From: Burkholderiaceae bacterium
GTDB taxonomy: Bacteria; Pseudomonadota; Gammaproteobacteria; Burkholderiales; Burkholderiaceae_A
DNA: 64,000 bases
Reading direction: 5' to 3'
Assembly: GCA_038147455.1 (NCBI GenBank)
Contig: JAYQTQ010000001.1
Span: 268,875 to 332,874, forward strand
Of this stretch, positions 31,477-41,458 are shown piece by piece. A program made the position numbers and the translations under genes. The stretch's first letter is position 1. Every line of letters begins with the position of its first letter. A model generated the notes under the pieces. The model was not told the DNA's origin and did no database searches. It worked only from the letters and a program-made list of their open reading frames with translations.

Positions 31477-32166
31477 TTAGAACTTTTCCATAAATGTTCT
31501 AAGTTCAATCTCGTGCGTCCATGCTTGCCTGGGTTGCTGTAACACTGACATATATGACTTAGCTATAGCCTCAGAGGTTAGTTTTTCGGAATCATAAAGT
31601 CGAACTCCTTTCTCTACGGCGCCATCAATAACAAAATGTGCTACGTGAATACCCAACGGACTAAGTTCTCTGTATAGACTCTGTGCCAATCCTCTTATTG
31701 CGAACTTTCCCATAGCAAAAATGGATGATCCCGGAAATCCTTTGATACTTGCTGTGGCCCCAGTGAAAAAAATAGATCCCTGTTTAGCAGGAATCATTCG
31801 CTTTGAAGCTTCCTGAGCCACTGTAAAAGCACCATTAATATTAACTTTAAATGAATCTGCAGCCTGAATCCTATCAATCTCATGAACTTTTCCGCGGACC
31901 CTACTCCCACAGTTATATAAGACCAAATCTGGAGTGCCAAAATTCGTGTCAAAGTAATCAAATAAATGGAGAATACTGTCTTCCTTCGAGCAATCCGTCT
32001 TAAAAATACTCGCTGAGATTTTTGCCGAAAGGCTTTTCAACTTGTCCGTATTTCTACAAGCTAAACACACGGAATATCCTTCATCGGCTAATTCTGTTGC
32101 GAAGGCTCCACTAATACCGGGTCCTGCTCCTATGATTAAGGCTGTTTTGCTCATTTTTTCATACAC
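31477..32166 (-). CDS. short-chain dehydrogenase/reductase (SDR) family oxidoreductase
   Basis: Intact 229-aa ORF with ALIIGAGPGISGAFA (cofactor-binding Gly motif), NCGS and an active-site region ..GKFAIRGLAQSL. Confidence 0.85.
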   Translation of the reverse strand: MYEKMSKTALIIGAGPGISGAFATELADEGYSVCLACRNTDKLKSLSAKISASIFKTDCSKEDSILHLFDYFDTNFGTPDLVLYNCGSRVRGKVHEIDRIQAADSFKVNINGAFTVAQEASKRMIPAKQGSIFFTGATASIKGFPGSSIFAMGKFAIRGLAQSLYRELSPLGIHVAHFVIDGAVEKGVRLYDSEKLTSEAIAKSYMSVLQQPRQAWTHEIELRTFMEKF

Positions 32167-32453
32167 CTTACCCAGGAATCAGCTTCGTATTCAGCTCGCA
32201 ATTTCTTTTTAGTATTTAATAGTTTCCTGTCATAGAATTCATAATATTCCTTCTGATAAAGAAATTTATATTTTTTGTAGTTTCTACTTTTTTCCATATA
32301 TTTTTTTTTCTTACTACCCTCTTCCTTCCACGGTGTGAGTTCCCAAACTCTCATATGAGCATCAACACACTGCTCTTGAGGACTTTTGACAATTGAATTT
32401 GCTGAAACATTAATTGATAACAGGGAAAGAAAAACAGGAATAAGATTCTTCAT
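32151..32453 (-). CDS. hypothetical secreted lysine-rich protein
   Basis: Signal peptide MKNLIPVFLSLLSINVSA. Overlaps the SDR start by 16 nt. Confidence 0.4.
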   Translation of the reverse strand: MKNLIPVFLSLLSINVSANSIVKSPQEQCVDAHMRVWELTPWKEEGSKKKKYMEKSRNYKKYKFLYQKEYYEFYDRKLLNTKKKLRAEYEADSWVRCMKK

Positions 32454-32608
32454 AACCTCTCATCTGTCTTCTTGAGAAAATTTGAGACTGACTCCCCCTT
32501 ATCCTTAGCACTCCCTAGTGGGACAATAGGTGTCTTTTTCGTAAGGAAGTTAAACTGCGTTTTCTGTTGGTTATCTTTGTTTTTTTTATTACTTTCCATT
32601 GTAAAACT

Positions 32609-32790
32609 TTAACTTATACCGCCTACGATTAACCTCATCTCTTTTTTACCCTCTACGTAATCTGCCCACCATTGCAATTATTTCAATCCGCTGCTTTAAG
32701 TATTCTGCATGATTATATGCGTGAGCGACAGCGTCTTTTGGATTGTTTGCTAGTTGTTTTTCTTTTGAAGTAGAAAAAGGCGACTAACAA
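32609..32790 (-). pseudogene. 3' remnant of a P4-type tyrosine integrase
   Basis: My translation gives ..KDAVAHAYNHAEYLKQRIEII, then after a 1-nt shift QWWADYVEGKKE... This matches the conserved C-terminal AYNRAxYLxERrxMMQxWADYL tail of P4-like integrases. No catalytic core remains. Confidence 0.5.
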
Positions 32791-32983
32791 TAAAACTTCA
32801 CATTGGTACTTTATGTATGAAACAGCACCATCAGAAATAAGGGGCCCATAGTCCTTTAGGGCTGGATGTTAGATTATTTTAGCTATTTTGGTACAAAGAT
32901 ATACAGAAATAAATTTCGGAAAATCTTATTCGAAACTGCTAGGTTAGAAAACTTAGTCTACAAAAAACGAAAAGTACTGAAAT

Positions 32984-35233
32984 TTAATTTCTCATATTTT
33001 TAAGTTCTAATTTGATAGATAACAGCTCGTCTCTAAGCTTTCTAGATTCCTCTTTTAGCATCTTAGACTCTTCTTTTAGTTTTTCGATTTCTGTTAGTTC
33101 TTTCTTTGTGGGTTTGGTAACTTTGGTTACTTTGGTCTGTTCTTTTCCTTCTTCCTTTCTTCCTTTCACAGAATATATCCGTATATCTCGATTGATTCCC
33201 TTCATCTTTATCGCTTCTTTTTGCTCTACCTCCACCAAATCCTGTACATGAGCATACGTCTCATAACTCATATACAACCCATTAACCTCCGCCACACTCT
33301 CCAGCCTCGCTGCTACATTCACCTCTCCACCGATAATGGTGTAAGTCAGTCTCTGATCGCTACCAAAATTGCCTACATTACAATACCCAGTATTCACACC
33401 CATCCTGATCTCAAAGGGCTCTGCAAAACCTTCTTGAGCCCACTTCTCTCTCAACTCCACCATTCTCTCTTGCATCTCCAATGCCATCTCTATACAAGTC
33501 CTGGCATCTTCTTTCTCCCCTCTTGTCTCGGGATCCCCAAAAAACACCATCATGGAATCGCCAATATACTTATCAATCGTAGCCCCATGTTTCACAGCAA
33601 TCTTTGTCATCTCGGAAAAATACTCATTCAAATATTTTGTTAAATCCTCTGGCTGCATATTCTCTGAGGTTGAAGTGAAGTTCTTTATATCACTAAAGAA
33701 AACCGTTAACTTTCTTCTTCGAGTTGTAATCTTTGTGTCAACCTTTCCTGCAAACAATGCCTCATGAATCTGTGGTGGAATATACTTCGCAAGCTGATGA
33801 GAAATCCACTCCATCATCGTACTTTTTTCTCAACTCACTGGTTCGCTCCTGAACTGTCTCTTCCAAAACCACTTTCTGCTTCTCAGCTTCATCTGCCTGC
33901 TTTTGAATATTCTCATTTAACTCATCTTGCAAAAACTTCGTACGCTTAGCCAAAACCAAAGACATCACAATCGCCACTATAAATAACCCGGCCGATTGAA
34001 TCACAACATGGTTGTTTAAAAATGACTGTAACCCGCTATCAGGTAGATAAGCAAAGGGAGATTGAAATCCAAAAACACCTAATAAATGAAAAATTCTAGC
34101 TATGAGGTATGGCAGAAAACCGATTATGAAGAATTTAGCCAATACTATCCCTTTTGATATCTTTGAACTGAACAATAAAATAGAACAGCTAAAATAAAAA
34201 AAGATGAATAAACTAACGGGTACCATATTACTCGCAAGTCGAATTCAAAATTAAATGCTCTGAAGGCAAAAAAATGCAGAACGTACCAAACTAGGTATAT
34301 GTTAGTGAATATATAAGCGACTTGATGATTTTCTTTCAAGCCAATAAACTGCCTTGCAAAAATCACAAACATCATTGCTTCAAAATATCCGCTAAATACA
34401 GCAATAGTTGTAGCAAAGGAAACAGAGTTAAAAAGTGGATTATATTGGATAGAAGAAAAAATAAACTCTAATAATCTAGAACCATCATGATGAAATTGAC
34501 CAATTACAAAAATAATGGAACTCAGAAGCCAAAGAACGAAATATAGTGTTGTTTTATCTCTGATTTGATAATACGAATAAATAGTGAACACTAGTAAACC
34601 TAAAAGTGAGCCTAAGATAACTCCTTCTAACCATAGACCAAATCTTCTATTTTCTTGATAATTATCCGCTTGATAAAAAAGTAAGTTGCTCTCTATAAAG
34701 TGAGCCTTACTCGGCATTTGGAAATTGTAATATAAATCAACAGATTCTCCTGCTACAGCTTTAAAGGTAAAATTTGTCGTACTCGAAGGTTGAAAATTAG
34801 TATTCGAAGGATTCGTTGATGACAAATCATTTGAATTAGTTCCTGGTCTATTTTTTAAGACCTGAGTTTTTTTGTTTGATATCAGAAAAAATTGACTAGT
34901 TAAATGATGACGCCCAGGAATGACAGTGATCTCTCTAGTCATTTGTGTAATATTTTTAATCTGTATTTTCTTTGTGTAAAACTTAAAGGGCTTGAACCCA
35001 ATGAAGTTGGCTTGCGGAATAAAAACTATATCTTGCAAGCTATTGATATTGGTCAATTCATCCCCAGAATTTGAATAGTAGAGACTTTCCTCTGGGATTG
35101 AAAAGCTAATTTTCGTTTGATCGTCAATAACGAAAGTGTTTTTCTCAGAACTTCCTAAAGCATCTTTAGTATTCAAAAAAACTGAGAGGAAAATAAAAGG
35201 AAAAAGCTTTAATATAATTTGTGAAGCTGACAT
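32984..35233 (-). pseudogene. 7TMR-DISM receptor fused to class III adenylate/guanylate cyclase, copy B (two frame breaks)
   Basis: Three collinear ORFs: 34145-35233 (signal peptide, extracellular domain, 7TM), 33762-34226 (last TMs plus coiled coil) and 32984-33817 (cyclase: FFSDIKNFTSTSE, KYIGDSMMVFFGDP, GGEVNVAARLES, and a Lys/Glu-rich tail). Confidence 0.85.
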
Positions 35234-35406
35234 TCCTCTATTTTATGTATTTATACAGCACTACAACAATACTATTCCAATATAATCGCCCTATCCATAA
35301 CGCCCTAGGTTATTTAGGTTCCTAGGCTGGTACAAAGATATGGTAAGAATTGAATCTGAAATTGTTAACTAATAATTTCTAGATGAAAAATCAGTGAAAT
35401 TTGACC

Positions 35407-35497
35407 TGGCGGAGAGGCAAGTTCGAACTGAGCACTTTACTCATTGATTCTATTAAATTCTGAATCCTTTTTTTGATTTTTCACACTGTTACTCATA
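35407..35497. repeat. att-like repeat copy 5 (core degenerate)
   Basis: TGGCGGAGAGGCAAGTTCGAACTGAGCACTTTACTCATTGATTCTATTAAATTCTGAATCCTTTTTTTGATTTTTCACACTGTTACTCATA. Confidence 0.8.
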
Positions 35498-35684
35498 GTT
35501 TAAATCCAGAAACATACACTAGTACCCTATACTAGGAATCATTTGACCTTAATCGGCTAGTTTAATTTAGTTCTCCCTCTGATTGTTTATTTTTTTCCTG
35601 TAACTCCCTAATCTCTTCGGTACAAAGGAAACTCATGAACTTATAAAAACAAAAAATAATAAAAAAGTAAAGGTTTTTCACCAA

Positions 35685-36240
35685 CTAAATAATTATAAGT
35701 ACCGTGAAAAAGTATTGGATATATGATTGCTTTAAAAAATTGCATGACCTGAATTTCGAACACATGCATTCCAAGAAAACAACCCATAATAATCCCACAG
35801 GATGCATGCATTGGTAGTAGCAGTTAAAGCACTTACAATTGCAATCTGCAAGGTGGGATATTGTCAAAATAAACATAAACATACTCATAATTTTCAAAAG
35901 TTGCAAAACCTAAAGAAATTAATGTCCTGTATACGACAGCATCCATTGGCTCATTAAATTCTGACTTAGGCCTAATAAAAACAGATAATGCTAAGAATTT
36001 TAATGACTCCTCTGTAAGTCCAGCTAAAAAAGAAAGTGAATGCGGGTCATCTGTTGACCAGATTAATAGATTATTCAATAAGCCAGCAGGAAAACAAATC
36101 AGACACCCTAAAATAAAAGCCTCAACAATTAATTTTACAGGCTCTCTAAAACTTATCTGATCTAATTATAAAAAGAAGAATTGCCAGGGATGGAATAAAA
36201 GTGAATTCGATAGCAAACACACCTTCAGCTCCACTGATTT
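35685..36240 (-). pseudogene. PrsW-like intramembrane metalloprotease, frameshifted
   Basis: ORF 35833-36078 has GLTEESLKFLAL (EExxK) and SLGFATFENYEY (FAxxEN). Flanking TM segments are in other frames. Confidence 0.5.
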
Positions 36241-36259
36241 ATTAATCGTAGTTTAATTT

Positions 36260-36667
36260 TCAATTTGACTCAAAACATTTTGATAACATATACATATCTC
36301 CTGTAGTGTCTATAAGAGTCCAGCTTGTTTGTAAATTCTCTAAATCAAATTGATGCAACTCATAGCCATCATCAGAACCAGTCCGCAAACCTAAGACAAC
36401 TTTTCCAGCGTTCCTTACATCAATTATTTTCATGTCAATATCTCCAGTAGTGTTATAAGTGTCATTACGCCAAGATATTTTTATTTCTGATTTAGATGAA
36501 TCGATTAATACGAAAGTTGTTAATTTGTTAACGGCTTCGTGGGACTCATATGTATCCCCCGTCCTATATATACTAAAAACCTTATCACTGGTGCAAACAA
36601 GTCGTACAGGATCAGCATGAATACTACCCCATATACTTAAACCGACAAAAAGAAATAACCCTCTCAT
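36260..36667 (-). CDS. small secreted two-Cys protein (family member 2)
   Basis: Signal peptide MRGLFLFVGLSIWGSIHA, then DPVRLVCTS.. and a C-terminal ..SKCFESN. Lies 17 nt downstream of the cyclase gene. Confidence 0.5.
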   Translation of the reverse strand: MRGLFLFVGLSIWGSIHADPVRLVCTSDKVFSIYRTGDTYESHEAVNKLTTFVLIDSSKSEIKISWRNDTYNTTGDIDMKIIDVRNAGKVVLGLRTGSDDGYELHQFDLENLQTSWTLIDTTGDMYMLSKCFESN

Positions 36668-36683
36668 AATAAGATTATAAGTT

Positions 36684-37344
36684 CTAAGACTCTAAGAAAT
36701 ACATTTTCAGAGAACCTTTCTTTGTTGTAAGAATATCCCCTCTTTCCACTGAATCAACATATTTTTGAATACGAAAATGAGTCGTTTCTGAAACATTAAT
36801 TTTTCCAGGCTCAGAATTTTGCTCCATTAAAGAAGCAGTGTTTACAGTATCGCCCCATATATCAAAAGTAAACTTGTCCTCACCCACGACACCGCATATT
36901 ACAGGGCCAGAATGAATCCCGAATCTCGCTTCCCAGGTAGGCATTTTCAATTTAGAACGTTGGATATTTGTCTTATTTAAATAAGACAGCATTTCTTTAG
37001 CAGCTTTACACAAACGATTTGCATGATCCTTTTTTTCATCTAGAATTCCGGCGACACACATATAAGAATCGCCTATAGTTTTAATCTTTTTCTATTTTAT
37101 TTTGCCTACATATTTCATCGAATTTGCAAAATATTTGATGCAATAATTCTACAAGATTTTTAGGCGATGACTTTTCAGTAAGTTGAGTAAATCCTACAAA
37201 ATCGGTAAACAAAACACTACATTCATCTATATATTTCGGCTCTACCCGTTTTTTTTCCTGTAATTCGATTGCAATGTTTACAGGCAAAACCTTCTTCATG
37301 ATCTGCTTAATATTATTTTTTTCAACTTCTAACTCTTTAGTCAA
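36684..37344 (-). pseudogene. class III adenylate/guanylate cyclase catalytic domain, one frameshift in a 5-nt homopolymer run at 37087-37091
   Basis: ORF 37081-37344 (VLFTDFVGFTQLTE) and ORF 36684-37061 (..GDSYMCVAGI after the shift, FGIHSGPVICGVVG, FDIWGDTVNTASLME). Confidence 0.75.
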
Positions 37345-37380
37345 TTTTTCCCGGACAATAAGTGAGTCTTTTAACTTCGA

Positions 37381-37878
37381 TTAATGTCCTCTTAATTCAA
37401 GCTGGGTCATCACCTGTTTTGACAATTTTTTAAGTGCCTCTTGCTGATTTACAGATATTTCCCTTTTCTTGAAATCTACCGAACAAATGGTTCCTACCGC
37501 CTGCCCATTAGGGGTGATCAAAGGCGCTCCAGCGTAAAAACGAATATTAGGTTCAGCTTCAACTAATGGATTGGTACGAAATCTATCATCCTGGGAAAGA
37601 TCTGGTACGCACAATAGGTTACCTGAACTTATCACAGTATTACAGATTGCTATGTCCCTAGGTGTTTCAGTCACATCATCCGGTAGTCCATACTTTGACT
37701 TGAACCACTGTCTATCTGCATCCATAAATTCAATAAAAGAGACTGGGCAACCTAAAATCTCTGCAGCTAACTCTGTAATATCATCGAAACAAACCTCTGG
37801 TGCCGTATCAAGCACTTCATAAGATTTTAATGCTTCTATTCTCAAATCCTCATCTGGGGGAACTTGAAATTTACTCAT
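37381..37878 (-). CDS. GAF-domain protein (sensor module upstream of the cyclase domain)
   Basis: 165-aa ORF with a GAF-like pattern (..CNTVISSGNLLCVPD..DDRF..NPLV..IRFYAGAPLITPNGQAVGTICSVD). It ends at an in-frame TAA just before the cyclase coiled coil. Confidence 0.7.
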   Translation of the reverse strand: MSKFQVPPDEDLRIEALKSYEVLDTAPEVCFDDITELAAEILGCPVSFIEFMDADRQWFKSKYGLPDDVTETPRDIAICNTVISSGNLLCVPDLSQDDRFRTNPLVEAEPNIRFYAGAPLITPNGQAVGTICSVDFKKREISVNQQEALKKLSKQVMTQLELRGH

Positions 37879-38226
37879 AATTGAACATTCTTTCTATTTT
37901 TTAATCATCCAAAAGATTAAAAACATTTTTCATAACCCTTAAAATTGTACAATGCCATCCGCTTCCAATGTATTTAAACATAAATTAACTAGTGGATTTC
38001 TTTCTAAGTAAGATATGTCTCTAGAAATTCAAACTAAGCAAATTACTTATCAATTAAAATTAATCTGCACGACTTTTGTACAAGTATATCTTTCTAAACT
38101 ATTTATATTTCCAGCAAAGGAATACTACTTCTCTTAAGTCACTATTTGGTAACTAATTGCTATTCCTTTTTCTATTACACATACTTTGGTTCATAAACTT
38201 GAATAAATGGTAAAAATGAATGGGCC

Positions 38227-39061
38227 ATGTCCAAAATAGAAAACTTTAACTTGAAAGATGGAACCTATATCCGATATAGGGTTACAGGAAACGGACCTCC
38301 GCTATTATTGCTACACACTTTCAGAAATAGGTTGGAATACTCTGATCTTTTGGTTCAAGAATTAATAGACGACTACTCAATTTATACTCTTGATTTGCCA
38401 GGCTTTGGAGACTCTCCAATAAACATGGAAGCAAATTATGATCAAGAATACTTCACTATTGCTATTACAGAATTCATTACTAGGTTTGGATTTGTCAGAC
38501 GTGACTATTGCTGGAGAATCTATCGGTGGAATTTTGCCCATAACAGTTTCTCTTAAAATTCCTAGCAGGATAAAAAAACTACTTAGCTTTAATCCTTACG
38601 ATTACGATACTAAATTTGCAGAAGGCATCCGCCGTGGAAACTTTTTTGCAAATTTTATCCTTTTTCATGTTGGACTTCCATTAATAGGAAGTTTTTTTTC
38701 TATGCTCGAAAATAAATTTATTTTAAAAAATATTCTTTCAGGTGGATTCGTCGATAAATCGAAACTGCCTAGCGATTATCTAAATCTTCTAACTTCAACC
38801 ATCAAAAAAGAGGCTATACATATCATTTTATAAACGTACTATCAAACTTTCAAACGTGGATCAATTGTAAAAATATTTACGAGGCCGTCACTCATCCTAC
38901 AGTCTTAGTCTACGGAGAAGCTGACTGGTCAACATCTGAGGAAAGGTTGGACTCGCAAATTAAATTAAATTTAGATTCGTATCACACAATAAAAAAATGT
39001 GGGCACTTCTCATTTTGGAGCAGCCCAAAAAAAAGTTGCGGAAATTATTAAGCAATCGTAA
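38227..39061 (+). pseudogene. alpha/beta hydrolase, at least two frameshifts
   Basis: LLLLHTF..LDLPGFGDS lies in ORF 38227-38556. The nucleophile region GESIGG lies in ORF 38438-38833. The C-terminal CGHFS(H)..PKKVAEIIKQS is in a third frame. Confidence 0.75.
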
Positions 39062-39084
39062 CAATTCGCCCTCAATGTACTTAC

Positions 39085-39164
39085 TGGCGGAAGAGCGGGA
39101 TTCGAACTGAGCACTCCATTAACTACCCATTGATTCTATTTATCTTATTCTGAATCACTTTTTT
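39085..39164. repeat. att-like repeat copy 6 (GAAGAG core variant)
   Basis: TGGCGGAAGAGCGGGATTCGAACTGAGCACTCCATTAACTACCCATTGATTCTATTTATCTTATTCTGAATCACTTTTTT. Confidence 0.85.
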
Positions 39165-39380
39165 AAGCAAAAAGGTTATTCAGTTGTTAGTAGTTGCAAG
39201 GTTGATTGTGGGGAGGAACAAATGAGTTGGTTAAGCACAACTTATTTTAGCCAACAAATGGGTAAAGGGGAAATTGTCTCCAAATCTACCGTTAAACAGA
39301 TTCGACTTCCACAAACAGATACAATTGCACGTGCGGAATTATTATTCGTTTGTAACTGGTCTACATTATCTAGTCCGTGA
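39165..39380 (+). pseudogene. 3' fragment of a second adhesin-E-like gene
   Basis: About 215 nt aligning with 26349-26560 at roughly nine-tenths identity by eye. It starts mid-gene directly at the end of repeat copy 6. Confidence 0.6.
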
Positions 39381-39558
39381 TATCTCTACTCAGATAAGCA
39401 TTCACTCTAAAACAATTTTTCTCTCCAGTTAAAATAAAAAATAGTTACGTTAGAGTAACCTCTTGCCCTGTGATAGTGGTTTTTATATTCTTATACCATC
39501 GATAATTAACCATGCCTTAGATAGACTTATACTTTTTGAAAAATTGAAGGAGTAAAAA

Positions 39559-40122
39559 ATGAAGATATCCAGAATTGGTTTAACATCAGTTTTTGTAAGT
39601 TCTATAATCTTCTGCTCCGGGTACCATTTCTGCCGCTGACCCGAAAATAGAAATGCTCCTAAATTAGAATACTTTGGCTCGTTAACATATCGAAACATCG
39701 GGAAGTTAAGAATTTTCACGAAATTTTGTTGCCAATCTCGCAAGTGGAACTTTAACTCTTGCTAACGGTGATATTGGAAAAGTTTCAGCTCCGTGTGCTG
39801 ATTTTGGAAATGCTCAAAAAGAACTCTGGTTTGATCTCGATGTAAGATGCACTTTTACTATGGATGATGGCTCACATTTATATATATTTTCTACGGGGGA
39901 AAAATGATCATGGATGACAAAGCCACGCAACTTATGGATGAAGGTAAGCCATGGAAGCCTAAAAGCGGTATTGATTATTGGATAAATGCTCCGCTAATAA
40001 GAACATCAAGCCAAAAATATGATTACATGAATTACATACAACTCATCGGCAAAGGAGTTATAGCAGATTTGTCAGCCGGATATGTGACGTATGATCTCTA
40101 TAAAGTACTTTATTCAAAATAA
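39559..40122 (+). pseudogene. hypothetical secreted protein, frameshifted
   Basis: AAGGAG RBS and ATG at 39559 (MKISRIGLTSVFVSSIIF..), continuing through shifted frames into ORF 39904-40122. The antisense ORF 39483-39743 is probably spurious. Confidence 0.35.
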
Positions 40123-40171
40123 AGGTTAAAAATTTAACCCCTTTATAAATTTTTGTTCTTATATGTTCTTA

Positions 40172-40190
40172 TGGCGGAAGAGCGGGATTC
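40172..40190. repeat. att-like repeat copy 7 (core only)
   Basis: TGGCGGAAGAGCGGGATTC with no arm. The integrase ATG lies about 85 nt to the right. Confidence 0.7.
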
Positions 40191-40273
40191 TCGCCATCTT
40201 TGCCCTTTAAGTACCGTATGTAAGCCATCTTACAATTCCATATGGTACAAAAATATGGTACAAAGTACCTATT

Positions 40274-41458
40274 ATGGTCTCATATCTTTTGCTCATACAC
40301 AACGTCTATTATGTGCGTCTTAGTATTCCCTAAAGCCCTGCAAGCCCACTATGGCTTACAGTACTGAAACGCTCCCTAAAGACCTCTGATAAAGAAGATT
40401 GCCAAAGCTGCAGCGTTGGAACAAGTAAGCCAGTGGAAGCTTGGCTTTGAAGCACTCAAAGGTTCTGCTGAAGCTCAGCAAAAGCTAGCAGGAGAACTTA
40501 GCTTAATGGATGATGATTATAAGACACAAGACCATGCTCCTATGTCAGATAAAGATGCTGCTATCGATTACCATGCTAGCGAATTAGAGGAAAAGGATCA
40601 AAAAGCATTTTATGATATTGCCCTAGGTCGAGCTACTCCTTTTTTATTACACCTTGATGGGTTTATGAATCACTGGCAGGTCGCACAAAAACAAAAACAA
40701 TGGCAACAACGGTTTTAAAAGCGTGTTGCAATGATCTTTCCCCTCACTAGAGCAAGTAAAACGAGATCTTGTGATGAAGATGGTACGAGAAGATACCCGT
40801 GCACCAAAAACAAAACAGAAAGACTATGGATTTGTACGCCAGTACTGGATCTATCTTCAAGATATCAATGCAGTGGATTTTGAAAAAAGCCAATCCATTT
40901 TCAAACTTACATTAAAGACAAACCGAATGGCAATACTCGTAAGGAGTTTTCTGTACCTGAAATCAAAAACTTATAGAAGAATCAAAGGGTGATCCAATTC
41001 TTTGCTCTCATACAGCTTGCATTTTACACAGGTGCAAGATTAGAAGAGCTTTGCCAATTAAAAAAGATGATGTAACTACGGAAGACGGTATTCCAAACTT
41101 TTCTATACGTGAAGCAAAAACAAGAGCTGAAGTTCGTATTTGTACCAATCCATCCTTGCCTAAAACCACTGATTAAAAAGTTAGTAAAGATTCCAACGAT
41201 GACTATTTAATTACAGAACAAAATACTGATACTCATGGTAAAAAAGTAATGCTTTAGGAAAACGTTTTCATCGTTTAAAAGGTGAAGCTGGGTTTGGTTC
41301 TGATAAGGTATTTCATTCCATACGAAAAACAGTCATTACAATCCCTTAAATAATTGGTGATGTCAAAAGAAGGTACCGTTGATATAGCAGGACATGAAAA
41401 AGAAAACGATAACTCCATGGATTTGTATTCTGGGGGAACTAGAGCTAAATTAAGTTAG
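40274..41458 (+). pseudogene. tyrosine recombinase / phage integrase, many frameshifts
   Basis: Stitched frames give MVSYLLLIHNVYYVRLSIP/KALQAHYG/..VLKRSLKTSDKED.. at the N-terminus. ORFs 40416-40718 and 40771-40992 form the middle. The C-terminus has ..KVFHSIRKTVIT.. and ..AGHEKENDNSMDLYSGG (catalytic H-x-x-R, GH and Y context). Confidence 0.7.

Noticed and set aside
32890-35341. Short motif GGTACAAAGATAT on both sides of cyclase copy B (32890-32902, 35329-35341), with a related GGTACAAAG upstream of the integrase (40257-40265), as recombination sites
   Set aside because: It is only 9-13 nt long in AT-rich DNA. The copy near 35329 lies in the cyclase leader region, whose adjacent upstream sequence resembles the copy A leader, so paralogy may explain it. 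There is no supporting inverted or direct repeat structure.
39483-39743. Minus-strand ORF of 86 aa
   Set aside because: The plus strand here has an AAGGAG RBS, an ATG at 39559 and a signal-peptide-like start that continues (with frameshifts) into ORF 39904-40122. The minus-strand ORF is most likely spurious.
20591-40190. Could the seven regularly oriented repeats be a CRISPR array or a classical integron cassette array?
   Set aside because: Spacing is 1.1-5.3 kb with multi-gene, bidirectional content, far beyond CRISPR spacer size. The repeats are about 70-130 nt and not palindromic like CRISPR repeats. They also lack the paired inverted core sites of attC. The neighbouring recombinase looks like a phage-type integrase rather than an IntI next to an attI and Pc promoter.
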